The notes under the pieces are model-generated. The model ran no database searches. It saw only the letters and a program-made list of their open reading frames with translations, and was not told the origin of the DNA. Positions 1-8,838 of a stretch of 64,000 nucleotides of DNA are shown piece after piece (within the stretch, counting starts at the first letter, position 1; each line of letters opens with the position of its first letter). Made by a program: the position numbers and the translations under genes. This DNA comes from an uncultured Bacteroides sp. (GTDB taxonomy: Bacteria > Bacteroidota > Bacteroidia > Bacteroidales > GCA-2748055), in NCBI GenBank assembly GCA_964579515.1, contig CAZOHA010000001.1:163484-227483 (forward strand). The letters are read 5' to 3'.

Positions 1-2
1 TG

Positions 3-1919
3 ATGAAGTTCAAGGAATGGAATACGGGCGTGAGGCTGGAACGCAGCTACACCAAGGAGGAGATCATCACCATGTACCTGAATACGGTGGCTTTCGGGGG
101 AGAGTCGATCGTGGGGATCAAATCGGCGGCCAGGACCTTTTTCAATACCACCCCCGATTCGCTGACCATCGACCAGGCCGCGATCCTGGTGGGAATGTTG
201 AAGGCCCCCACGGCGTATAATCCGAGGATCAACCCCGACCGGTCCATCGTTCGCAGGAACACGGTCCTGAACCAGATGGAGAAATACGGATATCTCGATC
301 CGGAGGTGGCCGACTCGGTCAGGCAGCTTCCCATCCGGGTGGACTATAACCTGGCGAGCCACCTGACCGGCTATGCCAAACACTTTCGCTCCTTCCTGGC
401 CAGGTTTATGAATGAAACCAAGCCGGTTCCTCCTCATAAGGACGCCGGGGTTCTGGCCTGGGAGCGCTACAGGCGGGATTCGATCCGATGGACGGACGAC
501 CGGCTGTATGGATGGATCAACAAGAATCTGAAACCCGACGGGTCCACCTATAACCTTTACAGGGACGGGCTGAGGATCTACACCACCATCAACCACTCCA
601 TGCAGGAGTATGCCGAGGAGTCGGTGGAGACCCAGATGAAAGACTACCTGCAACCTGCGTTCTTCAGGGAGAAGGAGGGACGGACCAATGCTCCCTTCGA
701 GGATATCTCCAGGGATGAGATCAGGCAGATCCTCCATCGCTCGGTCAGATGGACCGAACGCTATCAGCACCTGGCATCCCGTGGAGTGCCCTGGGACTCC
801 ATCCTGGAGGTATTCCGCCAGCCGGTGCCCATGAGAGTATTTTCATGGGACGGACCGGTGGATACGGTCATGTCGCCCATGGACTCCATCAGGTACATGA
901 AGCATTTCCTCCGGGCAGGGTTCATGGCGATGGACAGAGAAACCGGAGAGGTCAAGGCATTTGTGGGCGGCCATAACTTCCGTTACTTTCAGTACGAACA
1001 TGTTTTCCAGGGCCGCCGTCAGGTGGGTTCGACCATGAAACCCTTCCTGTATCTGCTGGCCATGCAGGAAAACTACTCTCCGTGTGAAATGATCCCGCTG
1101 GTGCCGATCACCTTCAGAGATGTGGTCAACGATTCCACCTATACCCCGCGGGCTCCCGCACCCAACAGGTTTGCAGGGAAAATGGTCTCGCTTAAATGGG
1201 GCCTGGCCAATTCTCACAACTGGGTTTCGGCCTGGTTGTTCAGGAATTTCAATCCGCAAAATGTGATCAAGTTACTGAGGAAGATGGGGGTAACCTCCCA
1301 TATCGACCCGGTGCCCAGTATGATCTACGGACCGGCTGATATCTCTCTGGAGGAGATGGCGGGTGCTTTCAATACATTTTCCAACCGGGGGATCTACGTC
1401 CAGCCCTCCTATGTGACCCGTATCGAAGACCGTTACGGGAATGTGGTGGCCACATTTCACCCGGTGGAGTCGGAGGCGATCAGTGTGGAGACCGCCTACC
1501 TGATGCTCACTCTCCTGCGGAATGTGGTCGATATGACGGGCAGGTACCGTGGCGACTATTATTCGGGCACCGCCAACCGCCTGCGATGGTTCTATGAATT
1601 CACAGGTGAGCTGGCGGGCAAGACCGGGACCACACAGAACCAGAGTGACGGCTGGTACATCGGTATGGCACCCAGGCTCACGGCCGCTGCCTGGGTGGGG
1701 GGGGAAGACCGCTCGATCCATTTCGATATGCTGGGCATGGGAGCCGGAGGGAATATGGCTCTTCCCATATATGCCGAGTTCATGAAACGGGTCTACGCCG
1801 ACTCGACTCTTCAGATCACTCAGGAGGATGAATTCGATCGTCCTGTCGATTTCTACGTGGACCTGGATTGCCCCGATATCGCCGAAGCATCGACCAACAG
1901 CGGTTTCGACGATTTCTAG
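3..1919 (+). CDS. mrcA: Class A penicillin-binding protein (PBP1A type, transglycosylase/transpeptidase); 5' end lies outside the window
   Basis: The ORF enters from the left edge. A glycosyltransferase-like N-terminal part is followed by a transpeptidase part with SxxK (GSTMKP) and KTG (AGKTGTTQN) motifs. Confidence 0.9.
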   Translation: MKFKEWNTGVRLERSYTKEEIITMYLNTVAFGGESIVGIKSAARTFFNTTPDSLTIDQAAILVGMLKAPTAYNPRINPDRSIVRRNTVLNQMEKYGYLDPEVADSVRQLPIRVDYNLASHLTGYAKHFRSFLARFMNETKPVPPHKDAGVLAWERYRRDSIRWTDDRLYGWINKNLKPDGSTYNLYRDGLRIYTTINHSMQEYAEESVETQMKDYLQPAFFREKEGRTNAPFEDISRDEIRQILHRSVRWTERYQHLASRGVPWDSILEVFRQPVPMRVFSWDGPVDTVMSPMDSIRYMKHFLRAGFMAMDRETGEVKAFVGGHNFRYFQYEHVFQGRRQVGSTMKPFLYLLAMQENYSPCEMIPLVPITFRDVVNDSTYTPRAPAPNRFAGKMVSLKWGLANSHNWVSAWLFRNFNPQNVIKLLRKMGVTSHIDPVPSMIYGPADISLEEMAGAFNTFSNRGIYVQPSYVTRIEDRYGNVVATFHPVESEAISVETAYLMLTLLRNVVDMTGRYRGDYYSGTANRLRWFYEFTGELAGKTGTTQNQSDGWYIGMAPRLTAAAWVGGEDRSIHFDMLGMGAGGNMALPIYAEFMKRVYADSTLQITQEDEFDRPVDFYVDLDCPDIAEASTNSGFDDF

Positions 1920-2395
1920 CGGATCTTCTTTCGCCGGACCATCACCCGGTTTCCCTGAAGCTCTATATTCCAGGAGGAGTGAAGAATTTCCCTGGCTTTC
2001 CGGTAGTAGACCAGAGTGCGTATGCTGGCCGGCCGCCCTTCATTTCCTTCCCTGAACTCGCCGCTGAACTCGTAGCTGACTGCATAGGCATGGTTTTCAT
2101 GAAAGATCCGGATGATCTCCACCACGGTGGCGATCACACGGTATACCTCTCCCCTGTTGGTTTCGCTGTATTCATCCTCGAAGTCGTCGCTCAGTACGCT
2201 GAAATTCACCACATGTTCCAGGTAGCTCGATTTCTTCCGTGCGAACAGCACCTGGTAACGCAGTCCGCTTCCGGTGTCGAAGTAGTACCCGTCCCCGGAG
2301 CGGATCTCCGGCAGTAGGACCGGGTAGGGTTGAACGGCCGGACGGTAATCCTCTCTGATCAGGGGCAGTTCCGGGTGGAGGGACCGGTCGCTCAT
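1916..2395 (-). CDS. Hypothetical protein (159 aa), translationally coupled to radA
   Basis: The start overlaps the radA stop by 4 nt (2392-2395). No motif recognised. It ends convergently, overlapping the PBP1A stop by 4 nt. Confidence 0.55.
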   Translation of the reverse strand: MSDRSLHPELPLIREDYRPAVQPYPVLLPEIRSGDGYYFDTGSGLRYQVLFARKKSSYLEHVVNFSVLSDDFEDEYSETNRGEVYRVIATVVEIIRIFHENHAYAVSYEFSGEFREGNEGRPASIRTLVYYRKAREILHSSWNIELQGNRVMVRRKKIR

Positions 2396-3750
2396 CCGAA
2401 CAGGTATTTGGGGACCTGCTGCACCCGGTCCACCTCGACGATCTCTATTCCGAACCTTCCGGGATCGATCCGTTGCCGGTGGAAAGAGGACATCAGGATC
2501 CGTTTCATACCCAATTTGCCGGCCTCGGCCAGACGCTGTTCGATCCTGGTTACCGGGCGGATTTCGCCCGACAGTCCCACCTCACCCGCAAAGCAGGTGG
2601 AGGAGTCGATGGCGATATCGACCGTGGAGGAAAGGATGGCGGCGATCACAGCCAGGTCGATGGCCGGGTCGTCGACCCGTAGTCCTCCGGCAATATTGAT
2701 GAATACATCCTTGCTGGCCAGTTTGAAACTGGCACGCTTTTCCAGGACCGCCAGAAGCATATGGAGCCTCCGGGTGTCGAATCCCGTGGAGGTGCGTTGC
2801 GGGGTGCCGTATACCGCCGAGCTGACCAGCGACTGAACTTCGATCAGCAGGGGACGGGCCCCTTCCACATTGGCAGCGATGGCCGATCCGCTCAGTTCGG
2901 ACGGCTGCTGCCTGATCAGCAATTCGGAAGGATTGGGGATCTCCCGGAGACCCTCACCTGTCATTTCGAACACTCCGATCTCGGAGGTGGAACCGAAGCG
3001 ATTCTTGGTGGAACGAAGGATCCGGTAGAGGTGGTGAGAATCCCCTTCGAACTGGAGGACCGTATCGACGATGTGCTCCAGCACTTTAGGACCTGCAATA
3101 TTCCCTTCCTTGGTGATGTGCCCCACCAGGAGCACGGGCAGCTGGGTCTGCTTGGCCATTTTCAGCAGCTGGGCGGCACAGTCCCTGACCTGGGAAACGG
3201 TCCCGGGTGCCGATTCAAGTTCCTCCGAATAGAGTGTCTGGATGGAATCGATGATCAGCAGTTGAGGCTGGATCGAGTCCACCTGTGACAGAATGGCCTG
3301 GAGGTTGGTTTCGGGCAGCACTTCACACCGGCCGCTGTCGTTCCCGAGCCTTTCGGCACGCATTTTCAGCTGGTTGGGGCTCTCCTCCCCCGAAACATAG
3401 AGTGTGCGCAGATCAAGGCCCAGCGCAACCTGCAGGGCCAGGGTCGATTTTCCGATCCCGGGCTCACCTCCCACCAGTACCAGGGAACCGGGAACCATAC
3501 CGCCTCCCAGCACCCGGTTCAGTTCACCGTTCCCCATATCGATCCGCATCTTCCGGTCCTGTTCGACCTCATGTAATTTCATGGGGCGGGCAGGAGTGGT
3601 TTCCCGGGTACTGCGGGTACGGGAAGGTGAGGAGGAGACCCTCTGTTCCGTGAAGGTGTTCCACTGGCCGCATGTGTGACACCTCCCCATCCACTTGGCC
3701 GAGTCGGCGCCGCAATTCTGACAGACGTATACTGTTTTCGATTTGGCCAT
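2392..3750 (-). CDS. radA: DNA repair protein RadA/Sms
   Basis: N-terminal C4 zinc finger (CQNCG...CHTCGQW), Walker A GEPGIGKST, KNRFG motif, and a Lon-protease-like C-terminal domain. Confidence 0.95.
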   Translation of the reverse strand: MAKSKTVYVCQNCGADSAKWMGRCHTCGQWNTFTEQRVSSSPSRTRSTRETTPARPMKLHEVEQDRKMRIDMGNGELNRVLGGGMVPGSLVLVGGEPGIGKSTLALQVALGLDLRTLYVSGEESPNQLKMRAERLGNDSGRCEVLPETNLQAILSQVDSIQPQLLIIDSIQTLYSEELESAPGTVSQVRDCAAQLLKMAKQTQLPVLLVGHITKEGNIAGPKVLEHIVDTVLQFEGDSHHLYRILRSTKNRFGSTSEIGVFEMTGEGLREIPNPSELLIRQQPSELSGSAIAANVEGARPLLIEVQSLVSSAVYGTPQRTSTGFDTRRLHMLLAVLEKRASFKLASKDVFINIAGGLRVDDPAIDLAVIAAILSSTVDIAIDSSTCFAGEVGLSGEIRPVTRIEQRLAEAGKLGMKRILMSSFHRQRIDPGRFGIEIVEVDRVQQVPKYLFG

Positions 3751-3773
3751 AATCTCTGGCTGATCCGGTAAAT

Positions 3774-4259
3774 TTAATCAAACCGCCGGAGAATGGAGGT
3801 AGTGGAGTACCCCTCCAGCACGGGAATGGTCCGTACTTCGCCCTCCCAGGAGAGAACTTCCCGGTATCCCACGATTTCCTCTTCCCGGTAGTCGCCTCCT
3901 TTCACCAGAATATCAGGTTTCAGGGCGGTGATGAGTTTCAGGGGAGTGTCCTCCCCGAAAAGGATCACTGCATCCACCACCGACAGGGCCGCCAGTACCT
4001 CTGAACGTGACCGTGCATCATTCAGGGGGCGACCCGGACCTTTCAGCCTCCGGACCGATTCATCATTGTTGAGGCCGACCACCAGGAAATCTCCCATCTC
4101 CCTGGCCCTGGTCAGGTAGTAGACATGTCCCCGGTGAAGCAGGTCGAAACAACCGTTGGTGAATACCATCCGGTGGCTTTTCCTGAAGCCGCGACCGAAC
4201 CTCGATAGCGCCTCCTCGGGAGAGATGATTTTTTGCAACAATTCTTCGTAGGTGATCAT
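3774..4259 (-). CDS. Cytidylyltransferase-like protein, RfaE domain II type (D-glycero-beta-D-manno-heptose-1-phosphate adenylyltransferase family)
   Basis: Motif FTNGCFDLLHRGHVYYL. The tracked ORF begins at a TTG (4295); the ATG at 4259 (MITYEELL) is preferred. Confidence 0.8.
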   Translation of the reverse strand: MITYEELLQKIISPEEALSRFGRGFRKSHRMVFTNGCFDLLHRGHVYYLTRAREMGDFLVVGLNNDESVRRLKGPGRPLNDARSRSEVLAALSVVDAVILFGEDTPLKLITALKPDILVKGGDYREEEIVGYREVLSWEGEVRTIPVLEGYSTTSILRRFD

Positions 4260-4291
4260 GGGCAGGTGAGGGGATGATTCAGTGGCTGCAA

Positions 4292-5311
4292 TCAAGCGGT
4301 CATCAAAGTCTGCTTCCGCCGGGTCATGGTCAGGGTCAGATAGGAGATGATGCCCAGCAGAATGGTTAATAGCGAGTTGGACTCATGTGCCAGGATGGCG
4401 TATGCCCCGCCCACTTCCAGGGGAAGATCATAAACGAACATGAGTCCGCGGGAGGTGATCCAGTGATAGGCGCCGAACCCGGCAGTGACCGGGGCCGACA
4501 TGCCCAGTCCTCCGGCCACCAGCAGGAACATGCCATCGATAAAAGTGAGTCCTGCGGTCTCTTCAAGGGCAAAGACCACCATCCAGGTCATCAGGATGTA
4601 AAAAAACCAGATCAGCAGAGAGTGGAGAATGAACTCCCATTTGCCTTTCATGGTATAGATCGTCTTCAGCCCCTTCAGTATGCCCAGGATAATTTCACGG
4701 GTCTTCCGGTAGACCAGGAAATGAGTGAGCCGGGAGCGCAGCATGTACAGCACCCCCAGCAAAAGCAGGAGTGTTGCTGCTATGATCACCCAGAGCAGCC
4801 ATGCTCCTCCGAAAGTGTCGATCGCTTTCTGACGGATCGGAGCGTAGACCAGTTCACCGAAAAAACCGCCGAACTTCTCCACCCAGCTCACCATCAGGGC
4901 CAGCAGGATCAGGAAAAGCATCACCAGATCGATCACCCGTTCCACGATCACCGTTCCGATGAGCGAATCGACCGGGATCTTCTCCCTCCTGCCCAGGGTG
5001 ACGCACCTGGTGACCTCGCCCAGACGGGGAAGGGCGTAATTGGAGAGGTACCCGATCATCAGTGCATGGTAGGTGTTAAAATAGGAGGGCTTATACCCCA
5101 GCGGCTCCACCAGCAGGACCCATCGGCGGGCACGCAGAAAGAAGCTGATCAGGGCGAACAGGAGCGAAAGCCCGATCCAGCCCCAACGGGCCCCCCGCAG
5201 GGTATCGGCCAGTTCATCCACGGCAATCCCCCGGAAAGCAAAGAATAGGAGCAATACCCCCAAAGCCAGGAACCCGAGGAACTTCAATGCCTGGATAATG
5301 GTCTTTTTCAC
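4292..5311 (-). CDS. Multi-pass membrane protein, flippase-like / UPF0104 (lysylphosphatidylglycerol synthase TM-region-like)
   Basis: 339 aa with about 8 hydrophobic segments. Family assignment is from overall sequence look only. Confidence 0.65.
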   Translation of the reverse strand: MKKTIIQALKFLGFLALGVLLLFFAFRGIAVDELADTLRGARWGWIGLSLLFALISFFLRARRWVLLVEPLGYKPSYFNTYHALMIGYLSNYALPRLGEVTRCVTLGRREKIPVDSLIGTVIVERVIDLVMLFLILLALMVSWVEKFGGFFGELVYAPIRQKAIDTFGGAWLLWVIIAATLLLLLGVLYMLRSRLTHFLVYRKTREIILGILKGLKTIYTMKGKWEFILHSLLIWFFYILMTWMVVFALEETAGLTFIDGMFLLVAGGLGMSAPVTAGFGAYHWITSRGLMFVYDLPLEVGGAYAILAHESNSLLTILLGIISYLTLTMTRRKQTLMTA

Positions 5312-5324
5312 TTGATCGGAAGGG

Positions 5325-5675
5325 TCAGTTGAGGCGGTTGGTTTCGGTGTCGGGGAAGATCAGGGCGGGTTTGAATACTTTGGCTTCTTCAAATTCCATC
5401 ATGGCATAGGAGATAATAATGATAATATCGCCGATGGCCACTTTGCGTGCGGCCGGACCGTTCATACAGATCTGCCCGGTCCCCCGGGCACCGGTGATCA
5501 CATAGGTATCGAGCCGCTCCCCGTTGTGGAGGTTCACGACCTGTACCTTCTCATTTTCAATAAGATTGGCTGCATCCATCAGATCCTCATCGATGGTGAT
5601 GCTGCCGATGTAGTGAAGGTCGGCCTCGGTGACGGTCACCCGGTGGATCTTTGACTTGACGACTTCGATTTGCAT
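5325..5675 (-). CDS. panD: Aspartate 1-decarboxylase
   Basis: 116 aa. N-terminus [29 protein letters not shown] contains the pyruvoyl-forming G-S processing site. Confidence 0.95.
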   Translation of the reverse strand: MQIEVVKSKIHRVTVTEADLHYIGSITIDEDLMDAANLIENEKVQVVNLHNGERLDTYVITGARGTGQICMNGPAARKVAIGDIIIIISYAMMEFEEAKVFKPALIFPDTETNRLN

Positions 5676-5699
5676 GGATCTCCCTTTCTCCCTGCAAAG

Positions 5700-6542
5700 T
5701 TAATCAAAAAATAGATTATCGATAAGCCGGACGTCGCCGATATAGACTGCCAGGCATCCCACTTTGGCCCCCGGATCGCTCCATTCGGAGACAGAGGTCA
5801 GCTCCCGGTCATCCACAATATCGAAGTACTCCAGCTTTATTCCGGGTTGGGCGGCGAATTGCTCCCTGACCCAGGTTTTCACCTCCTCAGGAGTCATGGA
5901 TCCACGCTTCTCCCTGGCTTCATGAAGGGTCTGGTAGATAAACGGGGCCAGCTTCCTTTCCTCCTTCGTCAGCCGGCTGTTCCTGGAGCTGAGCGCCAGC
6001 CCGTCCTTCTCGCGCATGATCGGACACGGGACGATCTCCACGTCCAGTCCCAGAAGCTCTACCAGCCGTTGGATGATGACCAGCTGCTGAAAATCCTTTT
6101 GCCCGAAGTAAGCCCTGTCGGGTGCTACCAGTTCCAATAATATGGAGACGATCTGCGCCACTCCGTTGAAGTGCCCCTTCCGGTACCTTCCCTCCATCAC
6201 GCTGTCCAGGTTACCGAAATCGAAACTCCTGGTATCTTCCCCGGGGTACATCTCTTCCACTGCAGGAACGAATACCAGATCGGTGTTCAGGGATTGAAGA
6301 AGGGCCAGGTCGTCATCCAGGGTCCTCGGGTAATTGTTCAGGTCGGAGAGGTCGTTGAACTGGGTGGGATTCACAAAGATAGAAACCACCGTGATATCGT
6401 TCTCCGCAGCGGCACGCTCGACCAGAGAAGCGTGACCCGGGTGGAGGGCACCCATCGTGGCGACAAGCCCGATGGACCTGCCACTTTGCCGGAAGGTATC
6501 CAGATGCCCGGCGAGGTCATTTTTGGTCCGGTAAACGATCAT
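5700..6542 (-). CDS. panC: Pantoate--beta-alanine ligase
   Basis: 280 aa with the HxGH-type motif (MGALHPGHASLV). Sits adjacent to panD. Confidence 0.95.
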   Translation of the reverse strand: MIVYRTKNDLAGHLDTFRQSGRSIGLVATMGALHPGHASLVERAAAENDITVVSIFVNPTQFNDLSDLNNYPRTLDDDLALLQSLNTDLVFVPAVEEMYPGEDTRSFDFGNLDSVMEGRYRKGHFNGVAQIVSILLELVAPDRAYFGQKDFQQLVIIQRLVELLGLDVEIVPCPIMREKDGLALSSRNSRLTKEERKLAPFIYQTLHEAREKRGSMTPEEVKTWVREQFAAQPGIKLEYFDIVDDRELTSVSEWSDPGAKVGCLAVYIGDVRLIDNLFFD

Positions 6543-6592
6543 GCCTGCAAGGTGGGCACAAAGATAGAGAAAAAGGAATCAATAATTTTTAG

Positions 6593-6600
6593 TAAATTTG
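6593..6600 (+). promoter_or_regulatory. Candidate Bacteroidota sigma-A -7 element (TAAATTTG = TAnnTTTG) for the glycogen synthase-like gene
   Basis: Exact match to the TAnnTTTG consensus. It ends 26 nt upstream of the ATG at 6627, in the divergent panC/6627 intergenic region. Confidence 0.4.
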
Positions 6601-6626
6601 CATGATTTCTAATTCAGGATCACACG

Positions 6627-7436
6627 ATGGAAAGTAAAAAGGTATTATTTGTTTCTCAAGAGATTACGCCCTACCTGCCAGAAACTGAACTTTCCCTGAT
6701 CAGCCGAAACTTGCCTCAAGCCATACAGGAAACCGGAAAGGAGATCCGGACCTTTATGCCCAAATACGGAAATATCAATGAGAGGCGGAACCAGCTTCAC
6801 GAAGTGATCCGGTTATCCGGTATGAATCTGATCATCGATGATACCGACCATCCGCTGATCATCAAAGTCGCCTCCATTCAGTCGGCCCGCATGCAGGTCT
6901 ATTTTATCGACAATGAAGAGTATTTTCACCGAAAACAAACGGTAACCGATTCAAAAGGGAATTTTTTCAAAGACAACGACGAACGCATGATCTTTTTTGC
7001 CAGGGGAGTGCTGGAGACGGTGCGAAAGCTTCGCTGGTCGCCCGACCTGGTCCACTGCCATGGCTGGTTTACCTCCCTGGTTCCCCTCTACATTAAGAAG
7101 GCTTACCGCGAGGATCCCCTGTTCTCAGGTTCAAAAGTGACATTTTCATTTTACAATAACGGGTTCACTGAATCCCTCGATCCCGAATTCTCCAGGAAGA
7201 TCCTGATCGACGGGGTCGATCCCAGGCATGTCTCCATGGTCGAGGAACCCTCCTATGAAAACCTTGTCGAACTGGCAGCCACTTATTCCGATGGCCTGAT
7301 CCAGGGAAGTCCCGCTCTTCCCGAAAAGGTGGAACAGGTGCTGAAGGGAACCGGAAAGCCCTATCTGGATTATAAGGGCGAAGAAGAATATGTGGAGGCC
7401 TTTTCCGTTTTCTATGACAGGTTTATCAACGAATAA
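6627..7436 (+). CDS. Short glycogen/starch synthase-like protein (N-terminal GT5 half only)
   Basis: The N-terminus VLFVSQEITPYLPE resembles a GT5 synthase start. At 269 aa it has no room for the C-terminal Rossmann half. Confidence 0.75.
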   Translation: MESKKVLFVSQEITPYLPETELSLISRNLPQAIQETGKEIRTFMPKYGNINERRNQLHEVIRLSGMNLIIDDTDHPLIIKVASIQSARMQVYFIDNEEYFHRKQTVTDSKGNFFKDNDERMIFFARGVLETVRKLRWSPDLVHCHGWFTSLVPLYIKKAYREDPLFSGSKVTFSFYNNGFTESLDPEFSRKILIDGVDPRHVSMVEEPSYENLVELAATYSDGLIQGSPALPEKVEQVLKGTGKPYLDYKGEEEYVEAFSVFYDRFINE

Positions 7437-7451
7437 TCAGAACACCGTTCA

Positions 7452-8810
7452 ATGAAGAAGAAGAATTTGTGGGGCCCTGCGGTCATTCTGTCCCTGTTGG
7501 TTTATGCATCATCCTGCGAGATCACCGACCGGGAACTGGGTGAGGATCTGTTACCTCCGGAAGACAGTGTTTTTCTGTTTCACGATACAGTATTCGATAT
7601 TCACTCCTATGTGGTGACGGGTGAACCATTTCAGTCTTCAGAGCTGGTCACCGATGTGACCAGGGTGCTGCTGGCAGGGGAGCTGAACGATACCATTACG
7701 GGTTTCTCCAGGGGAGCCGCCATTACCCAGTTCAGCACCAATCCTTCCTTCAGGAGCGGTCCTAACCTGGAGATCGACTCGGTGGTGCTGTCACTCTACG
7801 TGAGAGATTATGTGGGGGATATGGAACAGGAAATCACCTTTCGTGTCCATGAATTCAATGAAAGGATCTACAGGGATTCGGTCTATTACTCCGACTTCGA
7901 GACTGATGGGAAATTCGATCCGGTTCCGCTGGCCGAGGTATCGGTTCTGCCCGAAGAAGATGCCACGCTGGAGATTCTGATCACCGACCAGGATTTCCGG
8001 GATAAATTCCTGGCACTCGAGGACACCACTATTATATACAACGATTCGATCTTCAAGGATTATTTTAAAGGATTGTACCTGACCGCCGAACCCTCCTCGG
8101 AGTCAGGAGTCATGGCCAGGATGGGTTTATCCAACCCCTCCACCCACCTCTCGGTGAAATATTACAGCGACAGCACCGATGTGGACACTACGGACGAAAG
8201 AGAGTTTCGCTGGATCGATTTTCCCATCGACGAGCTTTTCACACAGAAGATCAATGTTTTCGAACACGACTACACGGGTACCTACCTGGCCGGGATCCTC
8301 GATAGAGACAGTGCTTCAATTCCTTACTGCTATGTACAGGGGATCGGGGGGGTCAACACCCGCTTCTCCTTCGAGGCGCTGGAAGAGTGGATGGAAAAGA
8401 CGCCCGTTGCGATCAACTCTGCCAGCCTGAGATTTGAGGTGGTCCCGGAGGAGGAAAGCGGTATTTTGTATGATGATCTGCCGCGAAGGTTGATGGTCGG
8501 AACCATTCTGGAGGGCGGGAACTATGAGCCGGTTTACGACTACTGGGTATTGCTGGCCAACCAGGCAAGCTCCAGGTTTGGCGGATTCAGAAAGGCCGAT
8601 TCGGACGGATTGTTTTTCGATACGGTTTACAATTACAAGTTCCAGGTGGGGCTGCACTATCAGGCACTGATCGACGGGGTTAAGAATCAAAACGATTTTA
8701 TTCTCCAGGTGGATGACGGGAACGTCAATCCCAGAAAAGTGAAACTTTGGAGTAACCTTCCGGGTAACCCGGGTCGTATAAGGTTAGAAATTGTCTACAT
8801 TCGATTGTAA
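7452..8810 (+). CDS. DUF4270-like lipoprotein
   Basis: Lipoprotein signal (LLVYASSCE). It occupies the position between the glycogen synthase-like gene and glmS that this family typically holds in Bacteroidota. Confidence 0.65.
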   Translation: MKKKNLWGPAVILSLLVYASSCEITDRELGEDLLPPEDSVFLFHDTVFDIHSYVVTGEPFQSSELVTDVTRVLLAGELNDTITGFSRGAAITQFSTNPSFRSGPNLEIDSVVLSLYVRDYVGDMEQEITFRVHEFNERIYRDSVYYSDFETDGKFDPVPLAEVSVLPEEDATLEILITDQDFRDKFLALEDTTIIYNDSIFKDYFKGLYLTAEPSSESGVMARMGLSNPSTHLSVKYYSDSTDVDTTDEREFRWIDFPIDELFTQKINVFEHDYTGTYLAGILDRDSASIPYCYVQGIGGVNTRFSFEALEEWMEKTPVAINSASLRFEVVPEEESGILYDDLPRRLMVGTILEGGNYEPVYDYWVLLANQASSRFGGFRKADSDGLFFDTVYNYKFQVGLHYQALIDGVKNQNDFILQVDDGNVNPRKVKLWSNLPGNPGRIRLEIVYIRL

Positions 8811-8838
8811 TCAGAACGAACCTCAATTGTTTTAACCT

